From Methanothermobacter sp. (GTDB lineage: Archaea > Methanobacteriota > Methanobacteria > Methanobacteriales > Methanothermobacteraceae): a stretch of DNA of 32,000 nt. How positions within the stretch are numbered: position 1 is the first letter of the stretch; each line of letters starts with the position of its first letter. The position numbers and the translations under genes are program-made. Positions 1 through 10,534 of this stretch are shown piece by piece. A model generated the notes under the pieces. That model had not been told where the DNA came from and ran no database searches. It was given only the letters and a program-made list of their open reading frames with translations. The stretch is from the NCBI RefSeq assembly GCF_030055435.1, contig NZ_JASFYG010000002.1, positions 51,224-83,223 on the forward strand, in the 5' to 3' direction.

Positions 1-1563
1 ACTGTTGAAGGCATTTGCAAGGTCCTGCACGTACTGTGCCACGGGGTGAACCCTCCTTGCCATAGCGGCCTCCTCAACAACCACAGGGAAACGGGCAAGG
101 AGACGCACAAGTTCCCTTTCATTTTCCTCAGGTTTCCAGGTCTCTTCGATGTCCTTCTCACCCTTGAAGGATGCCTTCTTGAGGAGTTTGCATGCCCTTG
201 CATGGGCATACTGTATTGATGCACAGCCACGTTCAAAGCTGAGAGCCTCATCCCACCTGAACACAATGTGCTTCTCAGGGGAAAGGCGTGCTATATAGTA
301 CCTTATGGCTCCGTTGCCGATGGCCTCGGCGATTTCATCTGCAACTTCATCTGGAAGTTTTCTTCTTTTTTTAACCTCCTCAAGGGCCCTTTTATGAGCT
401 TCGTCCATCAGTTCATCCACCGATATGAAGACACCCCTCCTGGTGGACATTGAGCCCTCGGGGAGTGTTATGAACTCATAGAATATGACCTCTGGCTTTT
501 TACCACCGAGGAGATCCACGGCGATTCCCACCTGCTCTGCTGCAAGTTTATGGTCCGATCCAAGGACGTCGATGAGAATATCCCCTTCATGGGATTTCTG
601 GAGATGGTAGGCTATGTCCCTTGTGGAGTAGAGGGAGGTTCCATCTGAACGGGTTAGCACAAGCTCCTTTTCAATGCCGAAATCCTCAAGGTCAAGGTAG
701 AGGACCTCATTTTCCCTGGTGAGTCCCGTTTTTCTGAGGGATTCTATAACCTCACCAACTGTCCCATCCCTCACCAGTTCTCCCTCCCATACGAACCTGT
801 CGTGGTGGACATGGAGCCTCTGCATGGTCTCTTTCATACCATCCAGGCAGTACTCCACAACCTGCCTGAAGACTTCCTTGTTCTCACCAGCCTCGTATTT
901 CCTCAGCAGTTCATCCACCTCGTCCTTTATACCTGGATCCTCTTTGAGTTTCTGGTTAACCTCAAGGTAGAGTCTTCCAACCCTGTGGTCCCTCTTATCC
1001 CCGGGGTAGTCATCCAGGTTTTTCTGTAGGTTCAGGAGGCCCCAGACAATCATGGCTATCTGTCGCCCCATGTCATTGACATAGTACTGGGTTTCAACCT
1101 GGTATCCTGCCTTTCTGAGTATCCTTGCAAGTGAGTCCCCTATGATGGCATTCCTTATATGTCCTATGTGCAGCGGCCCGTTGGGGTTTGCGGAGGTATG
1201 CTCAAGGATTATCCTCTCACCCCTCTCTGGCTGGGAGCCGTAGTCGTCATCAATGATTTCAAGGAGTTTCCCTGAGAGCTTCCTATAGTCAACAAAGAAG
1301 TTTATGTAGGGTCCCTTTGATTCGATGGCCTCAAAGATCTCAGGGGTTTCAATCACTGACATTATATCGGAGGTTATCTCCATTGGCGGTCTTTTGAGTT
1401 CACCTGCAAGTTCAAAGGCCACCGTGGATGCAAGATCCCCCAGCTGGGGGTTTGGTGGTTCCTCCAGTTTTATCTCTGATGGTACTGGTAGCTGGAGCTT
1501 CTCAAGCGCCTCAATTATTGAATCCCTTGCACTGTTTTCAATGTATCTGAACAATTTCCTCAC
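1..1563 (-). CDS. argS: Arginyl-tRNA synthetase, partial (C-terminal end lies beyond window start)
   Basis: Absent from the ORF track because the frame runs off the window edge. My reverse-strand translation from GTG 1563 reads [23 protein letters not shown]...[49 protein letters not shown] (class I HIGH motif in ArgRS context). The same frame at nt 120..1 reads [40 protein letters not shown] (DALR anticodon-binding-like). I did not check the middle of the frame codon by codon. Confidence 0.85.
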   Translation of the reverse strand, partial: MRKLFRYIENSARDSIIEALEKLQLPVPSEIKLEEPPNPQLGDLASTVAFELAGELKRPPMEITSDIMSVIETPEIFEAIESKGPYINFFVDYRKLSGKLLEIIDDDYGSQPERGERIILEHTSANPNGPLHIGHIRNAIIGDSLARILRKAGYQVETQYYVNDMGRQIAMIVWGLLNLQKNLDDYPGDKRDHRVGRLYLEVNQKLKEDPGIKDEVDELLRKYEAGENKEVFRQVVEYCLDGMKETMQRLHVHHDRFVWEGELVRDGTVGEVIESLRKTGLTRENEVLYLDLEDFGIEKELVLTRSDGTSLYSTRDIAYHLQKSHEGDILIDVLGSDHKLAAEQVGIAVDLLGGKKPEVIFYEFITLPEGSMSTRRGVFISVDELMDEAHKRALEEVKKRRKLPDEVADEIAEAIGNGAIRYYIARLSPEKHIVFRWDEALSFERGCASIQYAHARACKLLKKASFKGEKDIEETWKPEENERELVRLLARFPVVVEEAAMARRVHPVAQYVQDLANAFNS

Positions 1564-1569
1564 CTGCCT

Positions 1570-2007
1570 TCAGAGTCCCTTAAGCCAGAGTGTTATGTAG
1601 CCCACCTTGGGTATCATTAGCGGATTTGAACCCACCGTTATGACCCTTGCCTCAACCTGTGATGGGTACACGGGTGCAGGGTCGGGTGATGGGTTGTTGT
1701 CACCCTTTGTGATGTAGTATTTTCGGCCTGCCTTATCCTTTTCGACGGCTATAACCCTGTGTATAACAGGTTCTGGGAACCATGTGGCGTCATAGATTAT
1801 TATGTCACCCTTCTGTACGTTTTCAGGGTTCATTTCCTTTATTCCAAAAAAGTTGCTCTTCTCGATTATCACTATGTCGCCCCTGTAGAAAACGGGCTCC
1901 ATACTCCCTGATACAATCACGTTCATGTGCTGTGATGCAACAACAGCGAGTAAGAGGAGGAGAATGTATGCTGCTGCCTCAACCCATTCCCTTTTGTCAT
2001 CATTCAT
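1570..2007 (-). CDS. Archaeal-type signal peptidase I (Sec11/S26B family)
   Basis: Track ORF 1570..2076. An N-terminal TM segment ([14 protein letters not shown]) is followed by the SGSMEP serine box and the IHRV histidine box. Start moved to ATG 2007 (MNDDKREW), which avoids overlap with the ilvD stop at 2016. Confidence 0.8.
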   Translation of the reverse strand: MNDDKREWVEAAAYILLLLLAVVASQHMNVIVSGSMEPVFYRGDIVIIEKSNFFGIKEMNPENVQKGDIIIYDATWFPEPVIHRVIAVEKDKAGRKYYITKGDNNPSPDPAPVYPSQVEARVITVGSNPLMIPKVGYITLWLKGL

Positions 2008-2015
2008 GCTTACAC

Positions 2016-3665
2016 CTATCTCAGAATGGCACCTGTATCTGCTGAACCTGCGAGTTTCCTGTAGCGTGCAAGCCATCCCTTAACGTGGCGTTCTGGTTTT
2101 TCTGCAGATTCGATCCTTCTTCTGATCTCATCTTCTGTCAGATCAACCTCAAGTTTCCTTGAGGGTATATCTATCCTTATTGTGTCCCCATCTCTCACAG
2201 CCGCTATGGGTCCATTTTCCATTGCCTCGGGGGAGACGTGTCCCACGCAGGGCCCCCTGGTACCACCTGAGAACCTTCCATCGGTTATGAGGGCCACCCT
2301 TTCAAGCCCCATACCTGCAATTGCGGAGGTGGGGTTCAGCATCTCCCTCATACCAGGGCCCCCCTTGGGGCCCTCGTACCTTATTACGATGACATCACCC
2401 TCGGCTATATCTCCACTGAATATTGCCTCAACACACTCATCTTCACTCTCAAATACCCTGGCTGGGCCCTCATGGACCAGCATATCCTCTGCAACGGCCC
2501 CCTGTTTCACCACGGAGCCCCTGGGTGCCAGGTTACCCCTGAGTATGGCGAGGCCACCCTCCCGGTGGACCGGGTCATCTGGGGGCCTTATAACTGTGGT
2601 GTCACTCACCCTAGCATCCCTCATGTTCTCAGCGACGGTTTTTCCTGTGCAGGTTATGCAGCTGGTGTTGAGGTGATCCATGAGGGTTTTCATGACGGCC
2701 TGTATTCCCCCAGCCCTGTCAAGGTCTATCATCATATGATCCCCTGCCGGTGATATTGATGCTATGTGGGGTATTCTGCGGCTCAGCTCATCAAAGACGT
2801 CAAGGTTGATGCCAAGGCCCTCTATCTCAGCTGCTATGGCAGGGATGTGGAGTGCGCTGTTGGTTGACCCCCCAAGTGCAAGGTCCACCATCACCGCGTT
2901 TTCAAAGGCCTCCCTGCTCATTATATCTGTGGGTTTGAGGTTTTCCTTCACCATTTCCACTATCCTGTGACCTGAGAGCCTTGCAATCTGCCTCTTTTTT
3001 GAGCTTACAGCATGGGCAGTTGCGCATCCAGGGAGGCTCATACCCAGGGCCTCTGTGAGGCAGGCCATGGTGTTGGCTGTGAAGAGTCCTGCACATGACC
3101 CTGGACCTGGACAGGCGCATCTTTCGAGTTCGGCGAGTTCATCCTCACTCATTTCACCTGCACTCACTGCGCCTACACCCTCATATACATTTATGAGGTC
3201 AACCTTCCTTCCCTGGAACTCTCCTGGTAGCATGGGGCCACCGGTGACCACTATTGATGGTATGTCAAGTCTTGCAGCGGCCATCAGCATACCCGGTACT
3301 ATCTTATCACACGTTGGAAGAAGGACAAGTCCGTCAAGGGCATGGGCCATTACCATGCTCTCCACGGTATCTGCGACTATCTCCCTTGATGCAAGGGAGT
3401 ACTTCATGCCCTCATGGTTCATGGCTATTCCGTCGCATATGGCCATGGTGTTGAATTCAAATGCAACTCCACCTGCAGCGTTGATTCCGGCCCTGACCTC
3501 ATCTGCAAGTTCCCTAAGGTGGAGGTGGCCTGGCACGATATCCGTGTAGCTGTTGGCTATCCCTATGAATGGCTTTTCAAAGTCCTGGTCTGTCAGGCCA
3601 CATGCCCTGAGGAGGGAGCGGTGGGGCGCCCTCTGTATTCCCCTTTTTATGGTATCACTTTTCAT
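2016..3665 (-). CDS. ilvD: Dihydroxy-acid dehydratase
   Basis: Track ORF 2016..3710. IlvD/Edd hallmarks are present ([41 protein letters not shown]). ATG 3665 ([19 protein letters not shown]) matches the usual IlvD N-terminus. The Asn/Asp-rich 15-aa extension upstream is probably not translated. Confidence 0.9.
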   Translation of the reverse strand: MKSDTIKRGIQRAPHRSLLRACGLTDQDFEKPFIGIANSYTDIVPGHLHLRELADEVRAGINAAGGVAFEFNTMAICDGIAMNHEGMKYSLASREIVADTVESMVMAHALDGLVLLPTCDKIVPGMLMAAARLDIPSIVVTGGPMLPGEFQGRKVDLINVYEGVGAVSAGEMSEDELAELERCACPGPGSCAGLFTANTMACLTEALGMSLPGCATAHAVSSKKRQIARLSGHRIVEMVKENLKPTDIMSREAFENAVMVDLALGGSTNSALHIPAIAAEIEGLGINLDVFDELSRRIPHIASISPAGDHMMIDLDRAGGIQAVMKTLMDHLNTSCITCTGKTVAENMRDARVSDTTVIRPPDDPVHREGGLAILRGNLAPRGSVVKQGAVAEDMLVHEGPARVFESEDECVEAIFSGDIAEGDVIVIRYEGPKGGPGMREMLNPTSAIAGMGLERVALITDGRFSGGTRGPCVGHVSPEAMENGPIAAVRDGDTIRIDIPSRKLEVDLTEDEIRRRIESAEKPERHVKGWLARYRKLAGSADTGAILR

Positions 3666-3749
3666 GGAATCACCGTTATTATCATCACCCTGATTATTAT
3701 TAATTATCATGGAATAAATAATATTAATTTAACTGTCATATATTATAAC

Positions 3750-4985
3750 ATGGATTTCCCGGTAATTAAGTTTTTGATAGCCCTTGCCATAGGAGCCCTG
3801 GTGGGTATTGAGAGGGAGCGGAGGACCCAGGGGACTGAATTTGCGGGTATAAGGACCTTCATCCTGATATCACTCATGGGGGCCCTTTCAGCATATCTAT
3901 CAGAGATTTTCCCTCTGATGCTTCCTCTTGCCTTTCTGGGGCTGGTTGCCATAGTATCTGCGAGTTACATTGTGAGCACGAGGGATGATGGGGATATTGG
4001 GATAACAGGTGAGGTTGCAGCGTTTGTAACCTTCATGCTTGGGGCCATGTGTTTTTCATGTGATTACAGGCTTGCAGCAATGCTTGCCATCATTGTAACG
4101 GCTCTCCTTGCCCTCAAAAGGTACATTCACATTGCCGTAAGGAGGATAAGTGAGAGGGAGATGATAGATACAATAAAATTCCTTGTAATAGCCTTTGTGA
4201 TTCTCCCTCTTCTTCCGGATACATCGCTTGGCCCGTGGGGGGTTTTCAACCCCTATCAGGTGTGGCTGATGGTGGTGTTCATATCGGCCATAAGCTATTC
4301 AGGTTACATTGCCATGAAGATAGCAGGTCCAGACAGGGGCCTTAGCGCCACGGGAATAATAGGGGGACTGGTGTCAAGTACAGCTGTGGTTACGGCAATG
4401 GCAGGTCGGGTTAGGGAATCTGATGATCTCATAAGGCCTGCGGTGTTCGCATCGGTCGTTTCAAGTTCAATGATGTTTTTCAGGATCCTGCTGGAGGTCT
4501 CCGTTATAAACCCCTCACTTATGGGATACGTTGCACCCCCAATGCTTGCAATGGGGGTAACCGGGATGGCCATGGGTGTTCTGTTCATCAGGTCACCATC
4601 GAAGATTGATCAGGATATTAAAATTCAAAACCCATTCTCTGTTAAGCCTGCACTCATATTCGGGGCGCTTTTCCTGGCTATTCTATTCCTATCCAAGGCA
4701 GCGAATGTCTACATTGGTAGTGGGGGTGTCCTGGCTGCGGCTGTGATTTCTGGGGTTGCTGATGTGGATGCCATAACTGTGAGCATGTCTTTACTGGCAG
4801 CAGGGGGTTCTTTAAGTTCTTCAACAGCTGCAGCTGCCATAACCCTTGCAGGAGTCTCAAATACAATTATAAAGGGCGGACTAGCTTTTGCACTTGGCAC
4901 AAGAATGTTCGGGAAAAGGGTGGGGACCCTCTTCCTCGTCATTGTTGGCACAGGCCTCGTGGCGGTTGGCCTTATGGGTATCTAG
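3750..4985 (+). CDS. MgtC/SapB-type N-terminal domain plus DUF4010-like polytopic membrane protein
   Basis: Track ORF 3414..4985. The first 336 nt are antisense to ilvD. ATG 3750 gives MDFPVIKFLIALAIGALVGIERERR, the MgtC-family N-terminal motif, followed by many hydrophobic helices. Confidence 0.7.
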   Translation: MDFPVIKFLIALAIGALVGIERERRTQGTEFAGIRTFILISLMGALSAYLSEIFPLMLPLAFLGLVAIVSASYIVSTRDDGDIGITGEVAAFVTFMLGAMCFSCDYRLAAMLAIIVTALLALKRYIHIAVRRISEREMIDTIKFLVIAFVILPLLPDTSLGPWGVFNPYQVWLMVVFISAISYSGYIAMKIAGPDRGLSATGIIGGLVSSTAVVTAMAGRVRESDDLIRPAVFASVVSSSMMFFRILLEVSVINPSLMGYVAPPMLAMGVTGMAMGVLFIRSPSKIDQDIKIQNPFSVKPALIFGALFLAILFLSKAANVYIGSGGVLAAAVISGVADVDAITVSMSLLAAGGSLSSSTAAAAITLAGVSNTIIKGGLAFALGTRMFGKRVGTLFLVIVGTGLVAVGLMGI

Positions 4986-5010
4986 TTACTTTTGATTTGT
5001 TAGGCTTGAT

Positions 5011-5027
5011 GGTGTTGACACCTTTTT
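5011..5027 (+). terminator. Short hairpin GGTG-TTGA-CACC followed by a T5 run, downstream of the membrane protein gene
   Basis: Read directly: ggtgttgacacc then ttttt, 26 nt after stop 4985. Archaeal termination at oligo-T tracts is established, but the stem is only 4 bp. Confidence 0.35.
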
Positions 5028-5046
5028 ATTTGAATCCACCACAAAC

Positions 5047-5364
5047 TCATGACCTTATCATGGTGAGGAGCATCTTGAAGGGTTCCCTCGCCATCACTGC
5101 ATGTGGCTCGTTGGCAGGCATTATTATCATCTCCCCTGCGGCCACAAGGTTCTTCTCTCCACTTATTGTAATTTCTGCCTCACCCTCGATCACCTGGACC
5201 ATGGCATCGAAGGGCGCAGTGTGTTCACTGAGGCCCTGCCCCCTGTCAAAGGCAAAGAGGGTCACTGTACCGGTGTCCTTTCTGATGATCTCCCTGCTCA
5301 CAACTGAATCGTCCTGGTAGTCAATGAGCTCATTCAGTTTCAGAACCTTTCCCTTAATCTCCAT
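5047..5364 (-). CDS. Cupin-fold small protein
   Basis: 105-aa ORF. The G-x5-H..H...E and P...PH pattern (GQGLSEHTAPFDAMVQVIEGE ... PANEPHAV) is typical of cupin_2. It lies 6 nt downstream of hcp on the same strand, so it is probably co-transcribed. Confidence 0.6.
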   Translation of the reverse strand: MEIKGKVLKLNELIDYQDDSVVSREIIRKDTGTVTLFAFDRGQGLSEHTAPFDAMVQVIEGEAEITISGEKNLVAAGEMIIMPANEPHAVMAREPFKMLLTMIRS

Positions 5365-5370
5365 TTTTCA

Positions 5371-6846
5371 TCACCCCATCATTTTCTTCATGTCCTCTTC
5401 AGGGTCACCTATTGGTGTGAGTTCATAGTTATCAACGAGCACATTTATGATGTCGTCGTTGGCCCATCCAGGCAGTATGGGACCTATGTACATGCCCCTG
5501 AGGTTGAGTGATAGGAGGCTCCAGAGTATTGCAGCGGCCTTCTGCTCCATCCAGCTGAGGACTATGCTGAGGGGCAGCTCATTCACATCCAGATTGAAGA
5601 GGTTGCTCAGTGCCTCCACAAGTTCCACTGCCACTATGGAGTCGTTGCACTGGCCAAGGTCTATTAGCCTGGGGATCCCCTCAATGTCACCCAGATCCAT
5701 TGAGTTGAAACGGTACTTGCCGCAGGCCAGTGTGAGGACCACGGTATCCTGGGGGAGCTTCCTCACAAATTCGGTGTAGTACTTTGCCTGTGGCAGGGGT
5801 GAATCACACCCACCAACAAGGAAGAATCTCCTGATTTTACCCTCCTCCACCAGCTCCTTTATTTTATCTGCAAGTGAGAGGATTGTTGAGAGTCCGAAAC
5901 CTGTTGTTAGTGTCGTTGCCTCCTCCTCTTTAAGGGGTGGAAGTTCCAGTGCCTTCTCTATCACTGGACTGAAGTCGTAGCCATCCACATGTTCAACCCC
6001 CGGGAGCCGGGCAACGCCACAGGTGAACATTCTATCCCTGTAGCTGTCATGGGGTATCAGAACACAGTTTGAGGTCCCAAGTACTGCGGCGCTGTAGCGT
6101 GAGAAGGTCTCCCTCTGGTCGAACCAGGGGCCGCCGAGCTGCCCGGCAAGGTGCGGGTACTTCCTGAGGCCAGGGTAACCATGGGCTGGGAGCAGCTCCG
6201 AGTGTGTATACACATTCACACCAGTATCCTCGGTCTGCTTGAGCAGCTCTTCAAGCGCCTTCAGACTGTGACCTGTTGCTATTATGGCGGGGCCATCAAG
6301 GGCCCCCACCCTCACCTCTGTGGGGTCAGGTTCCCCGTAGGTGTCAATGTGGGCCTTTTTGAGGAGCTTCATGGTCCTCAGGTTCATCTCACCAGCCTCA
6401 AGGGCGAGGCTTACGAATTCCTCTGCATCGAAGTTCACGTTGGTGAGTGTTGAGTAGAATCCCCTCTCAAGGAAGGCATCCACAACTTCATCGGTGTATC
6501 CGAGTTCACGGGCATGGTAGAGGTAGGCCGAGATACCCTTAATTGCAAATAGAAGGTTGTCCTGGAGTCTTGCAACGGTTGCTTCCTTTCCACAGACCCC
6601 CTTTACTGTGCAGGCCCTTCCACGGACGGTCTGGGAGCACTGGTAGCAGAACATGTCTATGTCCTCTGGCCTCACGCGCCTCACCTCACCCTTCAGGGGC
6701 TCGAACTGGTCCTTACCCACATTGCATACCGGGCAGACCCAGTCCTCTGGAAGTTCCTGGAAGGGGGTTCCAGGTTTTATACCTGATGTGGGGTCACCCA
6801 CGTCAGGGTCGTATATGTAGTCACATACCTTGCAGCGGTACTTCAT
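5371..6846 (-). CDS. hcp: Rubredoxin-domain / hybrid-cluster protein (Hcp, hydroxylamine reductase family) fusion
   Basis: Track ORF 5371..6897. The N-terminus [14 protein letters not shown]...[13 protein letters not shown] is a rubredoxin CxxC...CPxC domain. After a linker comes [23 protein letters not shown], the Hcp N-terminal cysteine cluster, and the remainder has a prismane/CODH-like fold. Start is ATG 6846 or ATG 6858 (MVIEM). Confidence 0.8.
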   Translation of the reverse strand: MKYRCKVCDYIYDPDVGDPTSGIKPGTPFQELPEDWVCPVCNVGKDQFEPLKGEVRRVRPEDIDMFCYQCSQTVRGRACTVKGVCGKEATVARLQDNLLFAIKGISAYLYHARELGYTDEVVDAFLERGFYSTLTNVNFDAEEFVSLALEAGEMNLRTMKLLKKAHIDTYGEPDPTEVRVGALDGPAIIATGHSLKALEELLKQTEDTGVNVYTHSELLPAHGYPGLRKYPHLAGQLGGPWFDQRETFSRYSAAVLGTSNCVLIPHDSYRDRMFTCGVARLPGVEHVDGYDFSPVIEKALELPPLKEEEATTLTTGFGLSTILSLADKIKELVEEGKIRRFFLVGGCDSPLPQAKYYTEFVRKLPQDTVVLTLACGKYRFNSMDLGDIEGIPRLIDLGQCNDSIVAVELVEALSNLFNLDVNELPLSIVLSWMEQKAAAILWSLLSLNLRGMYIGPILPGWANDDIINVLVDNYELTPIGDPEEDMKKMMG

Positions 6847-6945
6847 TTCAATCACCATATTAAAAACTGACAGCAAATTATATATAGATTTTGTCACTAT
6901 TTGAGTATAAAATGTAACAATAGGGGTGTCTGTTTGGAGAGGAAG

Positions 6946-7680
6946 GTGAGGAATGCGCTTAGAATCCTGGGACTTACAGATTATCAGGCGGCTGCATACA
7001 CTGCAATGGTGTCACTGGTATCTGCAGGGGCATCCGAGGCAGCCGAGGCATCAGGAATCCCAAGGTCAAGGATCTATGAGGTACTGAGGCAGCTTTCAGA
7101 AAGGGGATTCGTGGAGGTTGAGCGCGGCAAACCCCTCAGGTACCATGTGGTCCCCCCTGCAGAGGTTTTCAGGAGGGAAAAGAAGAGAATAGTGAAGGAA
7201 CTGGATGATGCCATGCACCAGCTCAGGCGAACCTATGAGGACCAGGTTTCAAGGGTACCGGCCCCGGTATGGCTCATACACGGACAGGAGAAGATAATGA
7301 AGAAGGAACTCGAGATCATATCGAGGACAAGGTCCGAACTCAAAATGAGGATGGGTTTCATATTCAGGGGCGAGCTGAGGGAGCTGCGCCCTGCAATTGA
7401 TAGGATAATGGATAGGGGCGCTGATGTAAGGATAATGGCCCCCGAGGACCTTGATCTGCCCTGTGAGGTTAGGGTCGTGAGCATGCCACCTGTTCGGATG
7501 TTTGTGAGGGACTCAGTGGAGATGATGTGGATATTCTCCAGGTTCACACCTGAGGGATCACCGCTACCTGAGACTGCAATGGGTATATGGAACCAGTACC
7601 CTGAGATAGCAGAGAACTACTCTAGGATATTTGACGGTATATGGTATGGGAAGTCCTATGGGGATACAGGAGGTATCTAG
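6946..7680 (+). CDS. TrmB-family transcriptional regulator
   Basis: Track ORF 6901..7680 (TTG). [54 protein letters not shown] is a TrmB-type winged HTH. Start is uncertain: GTG 6946 is preceded by GGAGAGG, and TTG 6934 and TTG 6901 are alternatives. It is divergent from hcp. Confidence 0.7.
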   Translation: MRNALRILGLTDYQAAAYTAMVSLVSAGASEAAEASGIPRSRIYEVLRQLSERGFVEVERGKPLRYHVVPPAEVFRREKKRIVKELDDAMHQLRRTYEDQVSRVPAPVWLIHGQEKIMKKELEIISRTRSELKMRMGFIFRGELRELRPAIDRIMDRGADVRIMAPEDLDLPCEVRVVSMPPVRMFVRDSVEMMWIFSRFTPEGSPLPETAMGIWNQYPEIAENYSRIFDGIWYGKSYGDTGGI

Positions 7681-7779
7681 TCACACCATTTATGCAGTAA
7701 TCTGCAGGGTATTCAGCACTTAATCCATGGATATGCAGTTTTCTGGAGTCTTTTATCATTCCCCTTCACATAGGCAATA

Positions 7780-7787
7780 TTTAAAAA
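7780..7787 (+). promoter_or_regulatory. TATA-like box (TTTAAAAA) upstream of thrS
   Basis: atatTTTAAAAAcc lies about 50 nt upstream of ATG 7837. AGGTGA ribosome-binding site at 7828..7833. Confidence 0.35.
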
Positions 7788-7836
7788 CCTTCGCCCTTAA
7801 AACAATAACATTATATTATTCTTACAAGGTGATGGC

Positions 7837-9654
7837 ATGAGGATACTGTTAATTCACTCTGATTACCTGGAATACGAGACAAAGAACAAAACAGGGATAG
7901 CGGAGGAAATACCTGAAGATAAAATGAAGGGACACTTCACTGAGTCCCTTGTGGTCTTCACAGCGGTGGAGGCTGAGGATGAGGAGAATCCGGATTCAGT
8001 CATTGAAAATGCGGTAAATGAGATAGTGAGAGTTTTTGGCGACGTTAAGGCTGATAATGTTGTTATATATCCATACGCGCACCTCAGCTCTTCACTGAGC
8101 TCTCCGAAGACAGCCCGCAGGGTTCTTGAGGGAATGGAGGAGGCACTGAGGGAAAGGGGACTTGAGGTCTCAAGGGTCCCCTTCGGCTGGTACAAGGCAT
8201 TCAGAATATCCTGCAAGGGTCACCCCCTATCGGAGCTCTCAAGGACCATAAGGCCGGAACCCCTCAAAGAGGAGGAGGAATCAGAGGAATCAGAGTGGTT
8301 CATACTATACAAGGGCCAGAAAATCAGACCAGAGGAATTTGAGTTCACAAGCAGGGACCTTGAAAACCTTGTGAAGTATGAACTGGGTGTGCTCGAATCA
8401 TCCGGAGAGGAGCCACCACACGTTAGACTCATGAGGGAGAAGGGCCTGGCGGATTATGAGCCATCAGCCGATGTGGGACACCTCCGATGGTACCCCAGGG
8501 GAAGGCTGATAAGGGATCTTCTTGCAGACTACGTTTACATGCTCGTAACCAGTGAGGGGGCGATGCCGGTTGAGACCCCCATAATGTATGACCTTGAGGA
8601 CGAGGCCATCAGGGTCCATGCAGAGAAGTTCGGTGAAAGGCAGTACAGGATGAAGAACAAGAAGGAACTCATGCTGCGATATGCATGCTGCTTTGGGGCC
8701 TTCAGGATACTCTCAGATTCCTTCCTCACATGGAAGAATCTCCCCGCCTCAATATATGAACTCTCCACCTACAGCTTCAGGCTTGAGAAGAAGGGTGAGG
8801 TGGTTGGCCTCAAAAGGCTCAGGGGCTTTACAATGCCCGACCTTCACACTGTATGCGCCGACCTTGAACAGGCCCTCACCGAGTTTGCAGGGCAGGTGGA
8901 GATGTGCATGAAGACCGGTGAGGACCTCCAGGTGAACTATGAGGTGATATTCAGGGCTACCAGGGATTTCTATGAGGAGTACTCTGACTGGGTGCACTCA
9001 GTGGCCGATAAGATAGGAAAACCAATACTACTTGAACTTCTACCCTCAAGAAAGCACTACTGGATTGCCAAGATGGACTTCGCAGCCATAGATTACCTTG
9101 GAAGGCCAATAGAGAACCCAACAGTGCAGATAGATGTTGAGAGTGGGGAAAGGTTTGGCATAACCTATGTTAACAGTGATGAGGAGGAGGTGAACCCCAT
9201 AATCCTCCACTGCAGCCCAACAGGGAGCATAGAGAGGGTTATCTGCAGTTTACTTGAAAAGACAGCCATTGAAATGGATGAGAAACCACCCATGCTACCT
9301 GTCTGGCTTTCACCGACACAGGTAAGGGTGCTTCCAATTTCCGAGCGCCACCTCGAATTTGCAGAGTCCCTTGTATCAGAGATGACTGCAAATGATGTGA
9401 GGGCGGACCTTGACGACAGGGCAGAGACCCTTGGTAAGAAGATAAGGAACGCTGCACAGGACTGGGTACCCTACGTTGTGGTTGTGGGTGACAGCGAACT
9501 GGAGGGCAAACTCACAGTTAACATCAGGAGCACAGGTGAAAAGGTTCAGATGGATCTCCATGAGCTCATCGAACTCGTCAGATCAGAGACCCAGGGGATG
9601 CCATTCAGAAGGCTACCCCTCCCTGTCAGACTTTCAGAGAGAATCAACTTCTAA
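7837..9654 (+). CDS. thrS: Threonyl-tRNA synthetase, archaeal type with N-terminal editing domain
   Basis: 605-aa ORF. The N-terminus [19 protein letters not shown] is the archaeal ThrRS editing-domain start, followed by a class II catalytic core and a C-terminal anticodon-binding region. AGGTGA ribosome-binding site upstream. Confidence 0.9.
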   Translation: MRILLIHSDYLEYETKNKTGIAEEIPEDKMKGHFTESLVVFTAVEAEDEENPDSVIENAVNEIVRVFGDVKADNVVIYPYAHLSSSLSSPKTARRVLEGMEEALRERGLEVSRVPFGWYKAFRISCKGHPLSELSRTIRPEPLKEEEESEESEWFILYKGQKIRPEEFEFTSRDLENLVKYELGVLESSGEEPPHVRLMREKGLADYEPSADVGHLRWYPRGRLIRDLLADYVYMLVTSEGAMPVETPIMYDLEDEAIRVHAEKFGERQYRMKNKKELMLRYACCFGAFRILSDSFLTWKNLPASIYELSTYSFRLEKKGEVVGLKRLRGFTMPDLHTVCADLEQALTEFAGQVEMCMKTGEDLQVNYEVIFRATRDFYEEYSDWVHSVADKIGKPILLELLPSRKHYWIAKMDFAAIDYLGRPIENPTVQIDVESGERFGITYVNSDEEEVNPIILHCSPTGSIERVICSLLEKTAIEMDEKPPMLPVWLSPTQVRVLPISERHLEFAESLVSEMTANDVRADLDDRAETLGKKIRNAAQDWVPYVVVVGDSELEGKLTVNIRSTGEKVQMDLHELIELVRSETQGMPFRRLPLPVRLSERINF

Positions 9655-9659
9655 AAAAA

Positions 9660-9665
9660 TTTTTT
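9660..9665 (+). terminator. Oligo-T tract immediately after the thrS stop
   Basis: taAAAAAAATTTTTTga. The T6 run starts 6 nt after stop 9654. Confidence 0.35.
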
Positions 9666-9674
9666 GACCCATCT

Positions 9675-9698
9675 TCTTATAAGTTATAACTTATAAGA
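9675..9698. promoter_or_regulatory. Perfect 24-bp palindrome TCTTATAAGTTATAACTTATAAGA, candidate centromere/operator upstream of parA
   Basis: I checked the reverse complement by hand and it equals the forward sequence. Further TTATAAGTT / CTAAATT / CTAAGTT iterons follow to about 9727. The element lies 65 nt upstream of ATG 9763 and overlaps the AT-rich stretch where a TATA box would sit. Confidence 0.6.
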
Positions 9699-9762
9699 TA
9701 TAATTTATAAGTTCTAAATTCTAAGTTCCAAGTGATCATCCTAATCAGTTGATGGTGATTAA

Positions 9763-10530
9763 ATGGGAGAGATAATTTCAATCATAAACCAGAAGGGTGG
9801 CTGTGGCAAGACAACAACCGCGGTGAACCTCTCAGCAGCCCTTTCACTCCTTGAGAGGAGGGTGCTGGTGGTTGACATGGACCCCCAGGGTAACGCAACA
9901 ACAGGGTTCGGTGTGAATAAATCTGAACTGGACTCAACCATCTACACAGTACTCAGCAGAAAGGCATCCCTCAGGGATGTGATACTGCCAGCCGAACTCG
10001 AGGACCTTTACCTTGCACCCAGCAACATATCCCTGAGCGGTGCAGAAATCGAACTCAGCAGCGAGATAGGCTACCACGCCATCCTCAAGGAGGCCCTTGG
10101 GGACGTGAGGGATGAATTCGATTACATATTCATAGACGCCCCGCCGTCACTGGGGATACTCACACTCAACGCCCTCGTGGCATCTGACAGTGTCATAATA
10201 CCAATACAGGCAGAGTACTATGCCCTCGAGGGAATGGCCGACCTCCTCAGGACAATGAACCTTGTTGAGGAACGTCTCCAGAGTCCCTGCCCCATAAAGG
10301 GGATACTCATAACCCTCTATGACTCGAGGACACGCCTTGCAAGGGACGTGCAGAGGGAGGTTGAAAGGTTCTTTGGTGAAAGGGAGAACATCTTCAGAAC
10401 AAGGATACCGAGAAACGTACGCCTTGCAGAGGCCCCAAGTCATGGAAAACCATGCATCACCTATGACCCTGAAAGCACGGGAACGGGGGCCTACATGAAA
10501 CTCGCAGCTGAAATACTGGATATGGAGTGA
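9763..10530 (+). CDS. parA: ParA/Soj/SegA-family partition ATPase (deviant Walker A)
   Basis: 255-aa ORF. IINQKGGCGKTTTAVNLSAAL is the deviant Walker A KGGxGKT. It also has DMDPQGNAT, FIDAPPSLG, and no N-terminal HTH (small ParA type). GGTGAT ribosome-binding site upstream. Confidence 0.85.
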   Translation: MGEIISIINQKGGCGKTTTAVNLSAALSLLERRVLVVDMDPQGNATTGFGVNKSELDSTIYTVLSRKASLRDVILPAELEDLYLAPSNISLSGAEIELSSEIGYHAILKEALGDVRDEFDYIFIDAPPSLGILTLNALVASDSVIIPIQAEYYALEGMADLLRTMNLVEERLQSPCPIKGILITLYDSRTRLARDVQREVERFFGERENIFRTRIPRNVRLAEAPSHGKPCITYDPESTGTGAYMKLAAEILDME

Positions 10531-10534
10531 TATA

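Noticed and set aside
1618-1642. tRNA T-arm-like string (minus strand GGTGGGTTCAAATCCGC)
   Set aside because: It lies inside the signal peptidase coding frame (VGSNPLMIP). The flanks do not form a T-stem, acceptor stem or anticodon arm.
3414-3749. 5-prime extension of the membrane protein ORF (112 extra codons)
   Set aside because: It overlaps ilvD on the opposite strand, and its sequence lacks membrane or MgtC character. The family motif begins at ATG 3750.
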